Positions 53,239 through 63,118 of a stretch of 64,000 nt of DNA are shown one piece after another. The notes under the pieces are model-generated. The model worked only from the letters and a program-made list of their open reading frames with translations, was not told where the DNA came from and did not search any database. The DNA comes from Candidatus Aquidulcis sp. GTDB lineage: Bacteria; Chloroflexota; Anaerolineae; UBA4142. Location: assembly GCA_020723345.1 (NCBI GenBank), contig DYJA01000027.1, positions 794 to 64,793 of the forward strand, given 5' to 3'. Made by a program: the position numbers and the translations under genes. The number at the start of each line of letters is the position of its first letter. The first letter of the stretch is position 1.

Positions 53239-53940
53239 CTATTCCGCAGCCGGTGCGGCGGCGGGCTGAACGACCGATACTGTCGTTTGCAGGAATCCGA
53301 CGTACATCAAGAACACGCCGATAAACTCGCCGATGTACAGCCCGGGCAGTCCAAAGCGATTCAACACGCCGCCGAACGCAGGCGCCATCGCGCCGGTCGC
53401 GATCAGAATGTTGCCGATCATGCGATTGGGCAGGACGCGCTTGCGCCAGAACAACCACGCCGAGTACAACGCGCCGCCGGTCAACGTGACCGTGCCGTAA
53501 ATGTTGAAGAACGGCGTGAGCGTCCGCACCCAGGTCGTCGTGAATGCTTTGCCGGTCAATTCCGCGCCGACCGCGTAGTTGGGATCCACTCCGGCGCTGA
53601 TCACCGCGAACGTCGCAAAGACCGATGCGGCGACCAGAATAATCGTCGTGGCGCGCACCCACTTGTCGCGCGCGAGTAGAAATACGGTGCCCTGTCCCAG
53701 CCACGCGGCGACCAGAATCGCGCCGAACAAGTACCAGATTTTTAAGACGATCGGATCGAACCCGAACGCGCCGGTAAACGCTTCGCACGCGCCGCCGATG
53801 CCGTAAAACACCAAACCGATGCCCCACACGAGCAACTGCTTGCGCGTGGATCGGTTGACGTACCGTTTGAAAACCGCCGCCGCAAAAACAAAACTCAAAA
53901 TGCTCGAGGCAAGCGGAAGTACAGTGCTGATTGCGCTCAT
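53239..53940 (-). CDS. Integral membrane protein of unknown function.
   Basis: 233-aa ORF with about 7 hydrophobic helices. No family was recognised. Confidence 0.65.
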   Translation of the reverse strand: MSAISTVLPLASSILSFVFAAAVFKRYVNRSTRKQLLVWGIGLVFYGIGGACEAFTGAFGFDPIVLKIWYLFGAILVAAWLGQGTVFLLARDKWVRATTIILVAASVFATFAVISAGVDPNYAVGAELTGKAFTTTWVRTLTPFFNIYGTVTLTGGALYSAWLFWRKRVLPNRMIGNILIATGAMAPAFGGVLNRFGLPGLYIGEFIGVFLMYVGFLQTTVSVVQPAAAPAAE

Positions 53941-54009
53941 CGCAAATCTCCTTCGTCAGAATATTTTTGGGGCAGTCGTCACCCCGTAGGACAAGTTTGC
54001 AAACTTGTC

Positions 54010-54771
54010 CTACTTTTCCACAAACCCTTCCGGTTTAAAGTACTGTACCTCTCGGTACGATCTAATCGCTTCTGCCATCGCGTCGCGCGCGAGATTGCCG
54101 CTGACGTGCAAAAGCGTGTCGCTGTAATCGTTGTCCACGCCCATCGACGCGAGGCAGGGGTAATGATGGTGCAGCATCCCGGCTTCGTACTCCGCGTCGT
54201 CCACCTTGCGCCCGACGATGTTGTCCGCGATGTAGCGCATCACGCCGCACGGCGTATCGCGTTCGACCGTCACGCTCGCAATCGTTTTCGATTCCGGATC
54301 GACCGTCGCGGTGAGGCGCGGCTTGCCGAAATGGTGCGCGAATTCGGAAATCAGCGGATCGCTGTACGCGACGCGCTGTCCACGCAAACTGTAACTGGTT
54401 TCGGTCAGGGAGCAAAACGGTTTGGGAAAGACGCTGACGACGCCGACTTGTTTGAGCCAGCCGCGCAATTGATTCATCAACCCTTTGGGGAGCCACTCAA
54501 CGCGGTCAACCGGCGCGATCAACGCCGATGCGCCGGTCATTTTGCAGATGTCGGGTAAGAGTTCCGCGATGCCCGGATGTTCGCCGAGCGCCAAGATCAA
54601 GTCGGCGAGTGGCAACTGGCTGGGCAAGAAATCAATCGGGTCGTCAATGACGATCGGGAAAAACGCGGGCGCGGTCCATTCGTGCACTTGCCAATCTTCA
54701 GGACCGCGTTCGCGGATGATCCGGGCTTTCCGTCGCCCGTATTCGCCATTGACGACAGCGAGTATCTTCAT
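54010..54771 (-). CDS. Conserved hypothetical protein, possibly DUF166-like.
   Basis: The ATG at 54771 gives MKILAVVNGEYGRR... A HHHYPCLASMGVD motif is present. Coding is likely, but the family assignment is from memory only. Confidence 0.5.
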   Translation of the reverse strand: MKILAVVNGEYGRRKARIIRERGPEDWQVHEWTAPAFFPIVIDDPIDFLPSQLPLADLILALGEHPGIAELLPDICKMTGASALIAPVDRVEWLPKGLMNQLRGWLKQVGVVSVFPKPFCSLTETSYSLRGQRVAYSDPLISEFAHHFGKPRLTATVDPESKTIASVTVERDTPCGVMRYIADNIVGRKVDDAEYEAGMLHHHYPCLASMGVDNDYSDTLLHVSGNLARDAMAEAIRSYREVQYFKPEGFVEK

Positions 54772-54857
54772 GGTCAAGTAGACAAGTAGACAGGGAAACA
54801 AGGAAACAAGTAGATGCCTTGTCTACCTGTCTACTTGTTTCCTTGTCTACTCTGTCG

Positions 54858-56732
54858 CTAGAACAGCCCCACAATCTTGCCCGTCTTTAAATCCACGTCG
54901 TAATCGTAGAACACCGGTCGCGTGGGCAAACCCGGCATCGTACGCATCGCGCCGCAGAGCGGATAGAGGAATCCCGCGCCGACAGACGCGCGAATGTCGC
55001 GAATCGGCAAACGCCAGCCGGTCGGACGCCCCTTGAGCGTGGGATCGTGCGTCAGCGACAGGTGCGTCTTCGCCATGCAGAGCGGCAATTTGTCAAAGCC
55101 GAATTTGGTGAAGAGTTCGATTTTCTTTTCGGCTTCGGGCGTATAGTCCACGCCGTCCGCGCCGTAAATCTTGGTCGCGATGGTTTCGATCTTTTTCTTG
55201 ATGGGCCAATCCAGCGGGTAGAGAAATTCGAATTGGCTCTTTTGCTTGCAGGCGTCCATCACCGCTTCGGCGAGTTCGATTGCGCCCTTGCCGCCGTGCA
55301 TCCAGTGCGTGCAGGGTACCGCGACCGATCCGGCTTCTTCGGTCAGACGCTTGACGAGTTTGACTTCCTCTTTCGTATCGTACTTGAACGAGTTGATCGC
55401 GACGACGACCGGCACGCCAAAGCGTTTCGCGTTCTCGACGTGCTTGAGCAGATTCGCGACGCCCTTGTCAAGGAGCGGCAAATTTTCCTCGGTGTACGCT
55501 TTGTCGAGCGGACGACCGGCGACGACTCTGGGTCCGCCACCGTGCATCTTGAGCGCGCGAATCGTCGCGACGATGACGACGCAGTTGGGCGTCAAGCCCG
55601 AATAGCGGCACTTGATGTCCATAAATTTTTCCATGCCGATGTCCGCGCCAAAGCCGGATTCGGTGACGACGTAATCGCCAAGTTTCAACGCGATTTGATC
55701 GGCGACAATCGAATTGTTGCCTTGCGCGATGTTCGCGAATGGACCGGCGTGCACAAACGCGGGCGTCCCTTCGAGCGTCTGCATCAAATTGGGCATGACC
55801 GCTTCTTTCATCAAGACGGTCATCCCACCGGCGACGCCGAGGTCTTCGGCGGTAATCGGTTCCCCGCTCTTGCTCGTGCCGATGACGATGCGGCCCAAAC
55901 GTTCGCGCAAATCTTCGAGTCCGGTCGTGAGCGCGAGAATCGCCATCACTTCGGAGGCAACGGAAATATCATAGCCGGTGAGGCGTTCCAGTCCCTTGCC
56001 TTTTTCTTCGTCGCCGAGATTGATTTGGATGCGCCGGATGTGGCGGTCGTTGATGTCCACGACGCGCTGCCACTGAATCGCCGCCGGATCGATGTCGAGC
56101 CGGAAGATGCGGCGCTTTTCTTCGAGCGTCAGTTCTTCAAATTTCTTCTTGGGATCGATTCCCACTTTCGCCATGCGCCTGCGAATCGTCGGCGCGATGT
56201 ACCCGTCGGGGCAAAACGCGTGCGCGAGTTTTGCGTCGTCCGGGTTTTCGTTTTCGTGCAGGATGCGCGAGTCAAGCGCCGCGGCGAGGAGGTTGTTCGC
56301 CATGCTGACCGCGTGAGTGTCGCCGGTCAAATGGAGGTTGAAATCCTCCATCGGCACAACCTGGGAATAGCCGCCGCCCGCCGCGCCACCCTTGATGCCA
56401 AAGGTCGGTCCGAGCGAGGGTTGGCGGATGCAGGTGACGACGTTCTGCTTCAGGTGCGCGCCGAGGGCTTGCGAGAGACCGCACGTCGTCGTGGTCTTGC
56501 CTTCGCCGAGCGGGGTGGGGGTAATCGCGGTGACGTCGATGTACTTGCCGTTCTTGCGTTTTTTGAGGCGGTCACGCACGTCGAGGTGAACCTTCGCCTT
56601 GTACGGTCCGAAGAGTTCCAGGTCTTTCTCTTTCAAACCGATTTCTTCCGCGACTTGGAGAATCGGTTTCATCTTGCATGCTTGGGCGATTTCAATGTCG
56701 CTGGGTACGGGGTGCTTGATCTTGATTGCCAT
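54858..56732 (-). CDS. fhs: Formate-tetrahydrofolate ligase, long form.
   Basis: The ATG at 56732 follows a [25 protein letters not shown] is the P-loop, and [10 protein letters not shown] and GFGADIG motifs are present. Confidence 0.95.
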   Translation of the reverse strand: MAIKIKHPVPSDIEIAQACKMKPILQVAEEIGLKEKDLELFGPYKAKVHLDVRDRLKKRKNGKYIDVTAITPTPLGEGKTTTTCGLSQALGAHLKQNVVTCIRQPSLGPTFGIKGGAAGGGYSQVVPMEDFNLHLTGDTHAVSMANNLLAAALDSRILHENENPDDAKLAHAFCPDGYIAPTIRRRMAKVGIDPKKKFEELTLEEKRRIFRLDIDPAAIQWQRVVDINDRHIRRIQINLGDEEKGKGLERLTGYDISVASEVMAILALTTGLEDLRERLGRIVIGTSKSGEPITAEDLGVAGGMTVLMKEAVMPNLMQTLEGTPAFVHAGPFANIAQGNNSIVADQIALKLGDYVVTESGFGADIGMEKFMDIKCRYSGLTPNCVVIVATIRALKMHGGGPRVVAGRPLDKAYTEENLPLLDKGVANLLKHVENAKRFGVPVVVAINSFKYDTKEEVKLVKRLTEEAGSVAVPCTHWMHGGKGAIELAEAVMDACKQKSQFEFLYPLDWPIKKKIETIATKIYGADGVDYTPEAEKKIELFTKFGFDKLPLCMAKTHLSLTHDPTLKGRPTGWRLPIRDIRASVGAGFLYPLCGAMRTMPGLPTRPVFYDYDVDLKTGKIVGLF

Positions 56733-56985
56733 CTTTGGCTCCTCCTTCTGTGGTGCGTCCTTGCATTCTAGTTCGGAGAAAACAAAACCTCCACTAGCAA
56801 GATAACAAAGAGGGGTCAAAATCGAGTCAAAATCCAGTTGAACATTTGTCAAAGTACGACCGCCGACTGCCGGCGGCAGACCGCCCATGACATTCGGGGT
56901 TGCGCGTGGTCAGCAGTTGGTCGTATTTTGGTCTTGGCGGTGTTTGTGTTAGAATGATAGCCGACAAGTTCGGGGAGGAACCACT

Positions 56986-58062
56986 ATGACCGATTTCGTT
57001 CCGCGCGCGCGCGCCACCGGCATCGGCAGTATGCCGCACCCGGCGACGCTCGACGCGCTGCGCGTAATGTTCCAAAATTTTCCGACGATTCCGTACTGGC
57101 CCCAGTTGCCCAAGCGCGATTTTCGCGAAAATATGTACGCTCAATTCAGCGCAGATTTGGTCGGCGTACAGATCGACTTGCCGCACGAGTGGATGGGCTT
57201 GGTCAAAGACGACAACACGCTGGCGCAGGTCGAGCAATTCTACACGCGCTACCTCGAAGACGATCCCGCTTTGTTCGCGGTCGGGCCGGAATACGCGGCG
57301 GGGCTGTACGCGCTGCGCGATCATCGCGATGCGCTGAAAAACGCGAAATGGATCAAGGGACAAGTCACGGGACCGATCAGTTTCGGACTCAAAGTCGTCG
57401 ATCAAAACTTGAAGCCGATGCTGTACGACGATGCGCTGCGCGACGTGCTCGTGAAACACATCGCGCGCAAAGCGCAATGGCAGGAAAAGTTTCTATCCAA
57501 TATCGTAGGGGCGCAATTAATTGCGCCCTTACAACCCATTGCGCCCCCACAACCAATCATCTTCGTGGACGAACCGTCGCTCTCCCTGATCGGCGCGTCC
57601 GTCGTCGCGCTGAATCGCGACGAAGTGATTCGCGATCTGGAAGAGGTTTTTTCCGCGCTGCACTGCATTACCGGCACGCACTGCTGCGGCAACACCGATT
57701 GGTCGATGCTCCTCCAAACGTCGGTCAACATCATTTCATTCGACGCGTACAACTATGCGGAAAATCTCGCGCTCTTCGCCGACGATGTGAAACGCTTTTT
57801 GGATCGCGGCGGCGCGCTCGCGTGGGGCATTGTGCCGACCGTCGAAGAGCAAATCGCCAGCGAGACTGTTGACGCGCTCACCGCGCGGCTCGACGCGGCG
57901 GTGAACTTGCTCGTCAAAAAAGGCATCGACCGCGATCTGCTGTACGCGCGCGCGCTGATCACGCCCGCCTGCGGACTCGGTACCGTCTCGCCTGCCGCGG
58001 CGGAGCGCGCGTTTGAGTTGACGCGCGGCGTATCGGAGCGTGTCCGCGTGTGGGCGAAATGA
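56986..58062 (+). CDS. MetE-like / uroporphyrinogen-decarboxylase-fold methyltransferase family protein.
   Basis: 358 aa. ATGIGSMPH..., KGQVTGPISF, THCCGNTDW and ITPACGLG resemble the catalytic half of cobalamin-independent methionine synthase. Confidence 0.5.
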   Translation: MTDFVPRARATGIGSMPHPATLDALRVMFQNFPTIPYWPQLPKRDFRENMYAQFSADLVGVQIDLPHEWMGLVKDDNTLAQVEQFYTRYLEDDPALFAVGPEYAAGLYALRDHRDALKNAKWIKGQVTGPISFGLKVVDQNLKPMLYDDALRDVLVKHIARKAQWQEKFLSNIVGAQLIAPLQPIAPPQPIIFVDEPSLSLIGASVVALNRDEVIRDLEEVFSALHCITGTHCCGNTDWSMLLQTSVNIISFDAYNYAENLALFADDVKRFLDRGGALAWGIVPTVEEQIASETVDALTARLDAAVNLLVKKGIDRDLLYARALITPACGLGTVSPAAAERAFELTRGVSERVRVWAK

Positions 58063-58257
58063 AAGTGAGAGTCAACGGGTCAATTAGGCAATCGGTCAAT
58101 CAGGGATCAGGCAACTGGTTGACCGATTGCCCAGTTGCCTGATTGCCCAGTCGCCTAACCCATTTTTGACCGCACTCTGACTCGCTTCTGACTTGTCTGT
58201 GCTACTGTGAACAAGGCACAGAGGTGTGTGCGCGCTCGGCGCATATAGATTTCTAAC

Positions 58258-59193
58258 ATGAGGTTCGCGATGTTACTGCGAAAAATAATTTTTGGCGTGA
58301 CGATTGCGCTTGCGGTACTGACCTTCGGACTACCGCCGCGCGCGCTCGCGCAAACTCCAGATCGACTCGCCTCTCTCAAAATTTCCGTTTGGCCCGAATT
58401 CGACAAACCCACCGTGCTCGTCATTCTCGACGGCGCGCTTGCCGACGCGTCGAACTTGCCGCGCCCAATTTCGATTTTGATTCCCGCTACCGCGGAATTG
58501 ACTGTGGCGACGTGGATGAATACCGACGGCACATTCGCGCCGGAGCAACCCACGCAACAAACCAAGCAAGACGACGGCTACACGCGCGTCACGTTCACGA
58601 CCGCGCAACCAAAGTTCCGCGTCGAGTACTATCACGATTTGCTGCACGGCGCGCCGGACAAGACGCTCGATTTCGCGTTCAAGTCGCTCGGCGCAATTGA
58701 CGCGGCGACGCTCGAAATTCAACAGCCGCTCAAAGCGACGAATTTCGCGGTCACGCCCGCGACGCCAACGACGCGCACCGATTCCGACGGCTTCAAGTAT
58801 TTCAGTTACGCGTTCTCCAATCTCGCGGCAGGACAAACGATTACCGCGCAAGCCAAGTACACTAAAACCGATCCGAACCCATCGGCGCAGAGCGCGCCGC
58901 CGGCGGCGTCCGCGCCCGTCGCCGCGCCAACCCCAACGACATCGAACGATCTGTTCCTGTTGATCGCGCTCGTCGCGTTGGGCATCACGGCAATTCTGGG
59001 TTTCTTCCTGCTGCAACAACGCGCGCAAGATCGCGGTGTTGTTGCCAACGCCGGATCGAGCAAGCGTCGACGCGACAAACGGCGCGGCGGCGCGGCAACG
59101 GCAGCCGTTTTTTGTACGCAATGCGGACGCGCGTTGGGACCCGAAGATAATTTCTGTCCCAAGTGCGGCGCGCCGCGTCGAGCGCAAGGATGA
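58258..59193 (+). CDS. Secreted, membrane-anchored protein with a C-terminal zinc ribbon.
   Basis: It has a signal peptide (...PPRALAQT), a TM helix (LFLLIALVALGITAILGFFLL), and then FCTQCGRALGPEDNFCPKCG. Confidence 0.65.
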   Translation: MRFAMLLRKIIFGVTIALAVLTFGLPPRALAQTPDRLASLKISVWPEFDKPTVLVILDGALADASNLPRPISILIPATAELTVATWMNTDGTFAPEQPTQQTKQDDGYTRVTFTTAQPKFRVEYYHDLLHGAPDKTLDFAFKSLGAIDAATLEIQQPLKATNFAVTPATPTTRTDSDGFKYFSYAFSNLAAGQTITAQAKYTKTDPNPSAQSAPPAASAPVAAPTPTTSNDLFLLIALVALGITAILGFFLLQQRAQDRGVVANAGSSKRRRDKRRGGAATAAVFCTQCGRALGPEDNFCPKCGAPRRAQG

Positions 59194-60173
59194 GTAGCCG
59201 GTCAGCCGTGTCCAGCGCGCCAGCGAATCTGGCAGAATCGAATCGCACGCCGCCGCGCGAATCGGCGAGTGTGACCCAGCCCGCGCCCGCCGCGCGCGAG
59301 CGCCCGCGGCGGCAATTTTCGTCGTCGGTTTTCGCATTGTCGCAAATCATCCCGCTGGGCATTCTCGCGGTCGTGATGTTTTACGAAGTGACCGCGCACC
59401 TGCTGCTCGAAACGAAAACGCACCCGCTCGCGTTTGCGATGGAGACGATTGTCTTTGGCATCGTCGGTCCCGCGTTCACCTGGGCGACGCTAAACTGGGT
59501 CGCGCGCGAAATTCGCCAGCGCGAGCGCGCGGAAGGCGAAGCCGACGCGCTGAACGCGATCATGCAAGAGATGCACCATCGCATCAAAAATAATTTGCAG
59601 ACCGTCGCCGATCTGTTGTCGCTCGAAATGTCGCGCAACCCGCGCCCCGAAGTTCACGAAAGTTTGCGCGATTCGATCACGCGCATCAAAAGCATCGCCG
59701 CGTCGCACGAAATGTTATCCGTCGAATCCGTCGGCGTCACCGATATTTCGGAATTGTCCAAGCGCGTCGTCGAAACGACGCGGCGCAGCATGGTGCGCCC
59801 CGATCAACAAATCGCCGTGCGCGTCACCGGACCCGACGTGTATCTCGGTTCGAAGCAAGCGACCGCGTTCGCGCTCGTCTTGAACGAATTGGTGAGCAAC
59901 GCGATCGAGCATGGTTTTCGCGGACGCACCACCGGCAACATCGAAGTCGAATTGGATTGGGACGGCTCGGATGTGTGGATGCGCGTGCAGGACGACGGCG
60001 CGGGTTTGCCGGACGGATTCGATCTCAAAACGTCGCGCGGCTTGGGCTTGCAAATCGCGCGCACACTCGTCGAAAAAGATTTGCGCGGCAGATTGGCGTT
60101 GACTTCAAACGACGAAGGCACGACCGCGTGGGTGTTGTTCCAGCGCGGCGCGGCACTATCGAACAAGGAATAA
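59190..60173 (+). CDS. Sensor histidine kinase of HisKA_2 type (PdtaS-like).
   Basis: The H-box is EMHHRIKNNLQTVADLLSL, and an HATPase domain is present (NELVSNAIEHG, GLGLQIARTLV). The proposed ATG at 59190 overlaps the upstream stop as ATGA; the ORF opens at 59163. Confidence 0.75.
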   Translation: MSSRSAVSSAPANLAESNRTPPRESASVTQPAPAARERPRRQFSSSVFALSQIIPLGILAVVMFYEVTAHLLLETKTHPLAFAMETIVFGIVGPAFTWATLNWVAREIRQRERAEGEADALNAIMQEMHHRIKNNLQTVADLLSLEMSRNPRPEVHESLRDSITRIKSIAASHEMLSVESVGVTDISELSKRVVETTRRSMVRPDQQIAVRVTGPDVYLGSKQATAFALVLNELVSNAIEHGFRGRTTGNIEVELDWDGSDVWMRVQDDGAGLPDGFDLKTSRGLGLQIARTLVEKDLRGRLALTSNDEGTTAWVLFQRGAALSNKE

Positions 60174-60264
60174 AAGCCACAGAGAGCACAGAGGGCATAG
60201 AGATAGGGCGATTTGCTTTCTCTGTGTTCTGTGTCCCCTGTGGCAAAATGAGGAGACATCGAAA

Positions 60265-60843
60265 ATGGATGCACTGCGAATTTTGATCGCGGACGACGAG
60301 AGTTTGCGCGTGATGAGTCTCAAGGGACAGTTGGAGTCGCTCGGACACAAAGTGATCGCCGAAGCGTCGAACGGCAAAGAGGCGGTTCGGCTCGCGGAAG
60401 AACTGCGCCCGGACATGGCGATTCTCGACATCAAAATGCCGGAGATGGATGGGATCGAAGCGGCGCAAAAGATCACCGCCGCGCGCGCGATTCCGATCAT
60501 CCTGCTCACCGCGTACAGCGAGCGCGAACTCGCCGAGCGCGCCGCAATTGCGAATGTGTCGGCGTACTTGATGAAACCAATCTCGGAGCAGGATTTGCTA
60601 CCCGCGATTGCGCTGGCAATGTCGCGCTTTAAGGAATTTCAATCACTGCATCAAGAAGTAGACGATTTGCGCGACGCGCTCGAAACGCGCAAACTCGTCG
60701 AGCGCGCGAAAGGAATTTTGATGCGGCGGCTGAACCTGACGGAAGAAGAAGCGTTCCGCCGGATGCAGCGCCGGAGCCAGAACGAAAACAAACGGCTCGG
60801 CGAAATCGCGCAGGCGATCATTACGGCGGATGGGATGTTGTAG
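60265..60843 (+). CDS. Response regulator with an ANTAR RNA-binding output domain (PdtaR-like).
   Basis: The receiver is ILIADDE...AILDIKMPEMDG. The ANTAR domain is LETRKLVERAKGILMRRLNLTEEEAFRRMQRRSQ. Confidence 0.85.
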   Translation: MDALRILIADDESLRVMSLKGQLESLGHKVIAEASNGKEAVRLAEELRPDMAILDIKMPEMDGIEAAQKITAARAIPIILLTAYSERELAERAAIANVSAYLMKPISEQDLLPAIALAMSRFKEFQSLHQEVDDLRDALETRKLVERAKGILMRRLNLTEEEAFRRMQRRSQNENKRLGEIAQAIITADGML

Positions 60844-60957
60844 AAGGGATGAGAGGGCAGAAGAAGGCGTAGAAGGGACAGAAGGCAGAGAGGGCGCGCC
60901 TGATCTGCCTTCTCCGCCTTCTTTTGCCGTCTACGCCCTCTGATCCCTTCTCTCTCT

Positions 60958-60986
60958 TTGACACATCCGCCCCCCCGTGCTACAAT
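60958..60986 (+). promoter_or_regulatory. Near-consensus sigma70 promoter, implying a leaderless mRNA.
   Basis: TTGACA (60958-60963), a 17-nt spacer, then the extended -10 TGcTACAAT (60978-60986). The first plausible ATG (60995) is only 8 nt after the -10 element. Confidence 0.6.
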
Positions 60987-60994
60987 CGCCCCCG

Positions 60995-62713
60995 ATGGAT
61001 TCGCTCGCTTCGCTCTTCGATCCCACGCTGCGCTTTCAGCGCGCGTACGCCGAGTACGTTCGCACGCGCTTTCGCTATCTGCCGTTCCCCGGCGCGCGCG
61101 TCGCGCTCGATGCGGAATGGGTCGAGCCGCGCGGCTTGGTTGCCGCGCTCGCGCGTAACGCGCGCGTCGTCATCACCGGCGCGCCCGGCGCGGGCAAGAC
61201 GACGACGCTGGCGTACCTGGCAATCGCGTCGGCGCGCGCGTTGCTCGAAAATCCGCGCGCGACGGTGCCGCTCTTTTTCTGCGCGCAAGACGCGCATCCC
61301 TTACCTCGCATTTACGATCTGCCGCGCGGTTTGAATTTGAGCGATTCGCTCGCCGCTCAAACGCCGCGCATTTTCTTTCCCGGCGCGTTTGCGTCTGGAC
61401 GCGCGCTCGTTTTGATTGACGATGCCGACGCGCTCACCGCCGCTGCGCTGCACGCGGCGATCAAAGAATATCAACACGCGACGATTATCGCGAGCGCGCA
61501 TCCTGAGCGAAGCCGAAGGACCGCGCTGCCCGACTTTGCCGAATTTCCGCTGCCCGGTTTTCGCGACGGCGACATCGAAACCTTCGTGAAAAAATTGGAC
61601 GCGCAAAATGAGCCCGCGTTTTTGTCCGCGCTCAAAGCGAACAACGTGCCGCGCAACCTCACCGCGAACCCGCTGACGCTCAGTTTGCTCGCGCGCGTCT
61701 GGCGCGGCGACACGCCGCTGCCCACGCGCCGCACCGATCTGTTCGACGCGTACACCCAGCAAACGCTGGGCGATTCGGACGAAACGATCAAGCTGCTCGA
61801 AGGAGTTGCATTGGCGATGCAGCGCGGTCGCGCGGCATCGAACGAATCGCCTCGCGGCGTGGCGAAGGCGCGCGGATTTTTGCGCGCGGCGAAAAATCGC
61901 ACGGTCGAATTCGCGCATGAATTGTGGCAAGCGTACTTTGCCGCGCGCGCGTTGCGCGAAACAAACGATTTCGCGCCGCTGCGCCAGCACCTTGCCGATC
62001 CGGCGTGGCGCGAAGTGTGGGTGTTTTACGCCGGGCTGGGCGACGCGACTGAATTGGTCTTGAATCTGCAATCGCAAGGCGACACGTTGGAGGTGGGCTA
62101 CGTTGTCGCGCACGCGCGCGCAATCCGCGCCGACCTCCGCGCGCAGGTGATCGCAGATATGCTTGAGCACGCGTGGAGCGGCGACGCGCGCGCGGCGCAC
62201 GTCCTGAGCGAACTGCACGACAACGCGATGATCGACGGCTTGGCGGCAAAATTAAAAGACAAGGATCCGGCAGTCCGGTTGCGCGCGGCAGAAATCCTGG
62301 GACAACTGCAAACGGATCGCGGGATCGACTATTTGCTGCCCGCGTTGCGCGATGCGAACGGCGATGTGCGCGACAAGGTCGTGGAAGCGCTGGGGCACGC
62401 GCGCACCGACCGCGTGATCGAACCGCTGCTCGTCGCGCTGCGCGGCGATACGCGCGTCGGCGCGCCGGACGAACGCCTGCGCGTTGCGGCGGCAAAAGCG
62501 TTGGGCGAAATCGCGTCGGACAAAGCCGCGCCCGCGCTCGTCGTAGATTTGCAAGTCGGCGAGCCAGCCGTGCGCGCGGCGGCAGCGGACGCGCTCAAGC
62601 GCATTCACAGCCCGCTGCTGATCGAGCCGCTGCGCGGTCTCGCGCAATCGCCGGACGAAGAACTGCGTGGGTACGCGGAAGATATTTTGGACGTTGTGAA
62701 CGGAAGGAATTAA
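60995..62713 (+). CDS. STAND-type P-loop NTPase (NACHT-like) with C-terminal HEAT repeats.
   Basis: The Walker A motif is ITGAPGAGKTT and the Walker B is LVLIDDAD. The C-terminus has repeated D..VR..A...LG HEAT-like units. Confidence 0.7.
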   Translation: MDSLASLFDPTLRFQRAYAEYVRTRFRYLPFPGARVALDAEWVEPRGLVAALARNARVVITGAPGAGKTTTLAYLAIASARALLENPRATVPLFFCAQDAHPLPRIYDLPRGLNLSDSLAAQTPRIFFPGAFASGRALVLIDDADALTAAALHAAIKEYQHATIIASAHPERSRRTALPDFAEFPLPGFRDGDIETFVKKLDAQNEPAFLSALKANNVPRNLTANPLTLSLLARVWRGDTPLPTRRTDLFDAYTQQTLGDSDETIKLLEGVALAMQRGRAASNESPRGVAKARGFLRAAKNRTVEFAHELWQAYFAARALRETNDFAPLRQHLADPAWREVWVFYAGLGDATELVLNLQSQGDTLEVGYVVAHARAIRADLRAQVIADMLEHAWSGDARAAHVLSELHDNAMIDGLAAKLKDKDPAVRLRAAEILGQLQTDRGIDYLLPALRDANGDVRDKVVEALGHARTDRVIEPLLVALRGDTRVGAPDERLRVAAAKALGEIASDKAAPALVVDLQVGEPAVRAAAADALKRIHSPLLIEPLRGLAQSPDEELRGYAEDILDVVNGRN

Positions 62714-62814
62714 TTTTCGATTTTCAATTTGGGATTTTCGATTGATCAACCCGAAATCCTAAATCGAAAATCAGAAACGCTGTCCTGAGCGCAGCGAAGG
62801 ATCGGCAATCGAAA

Positions 62815-63111
62815 ATGGAAAACCCCCTCGCGCCTTGGCGCGATCTTTCAATCGTTTGGTTGGCGCTGCTGACGATGATTTTCGTCGCCGTGCCTGGCAT
62901 CGCGTTTTATTTCGCGCAACTGTATCTGCGCCGCTTTAATCGCTGGCTGCGCCTGCCGCTGCTGACCGCGCAAGTCTGGGCGCTGCGGATCGAACAAGGC
63001 ACGGCGCGCGCGTCGGAACGCATCGCCGGCGCGCCGATTGCGCTGCACAGCGCGAGCGCGCGATTCCGCGTGACCACGCGCGGCGTAATTGATTTTTTGC
63101 GAGGCAAGTGA
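62815..63111 (+). CDS. Small membrane protein of unknown function.
   Basis: 98-aa ORF with one or two TM helices (IVWLALLTMIFVAVPGIAFYF). Confidence 0.45.
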   Translation: MENPLAPWRDLSIVWLALLTMIFVAVPGIAFYFAQLYLRRFNRWLRLPLLTAQVWALRIEQGTARASERIAGAPIALHSASARFRVTTRGVIDFLRGK

Positions 63112-63118
63112 GGAGACC

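Noticed and set aside
55900-56260. An insertion of ~50 aa in Fhs ([20 protein letters not shown]...[13 protein letters not shown]) relative to the short Moorella-type enzyme.
   Set aside because: The same extra segment is characteristic of the long Fhs form, as in the synthetase domain of eukaryotic C1-THF synthase and in many bacteria. It is not novel.
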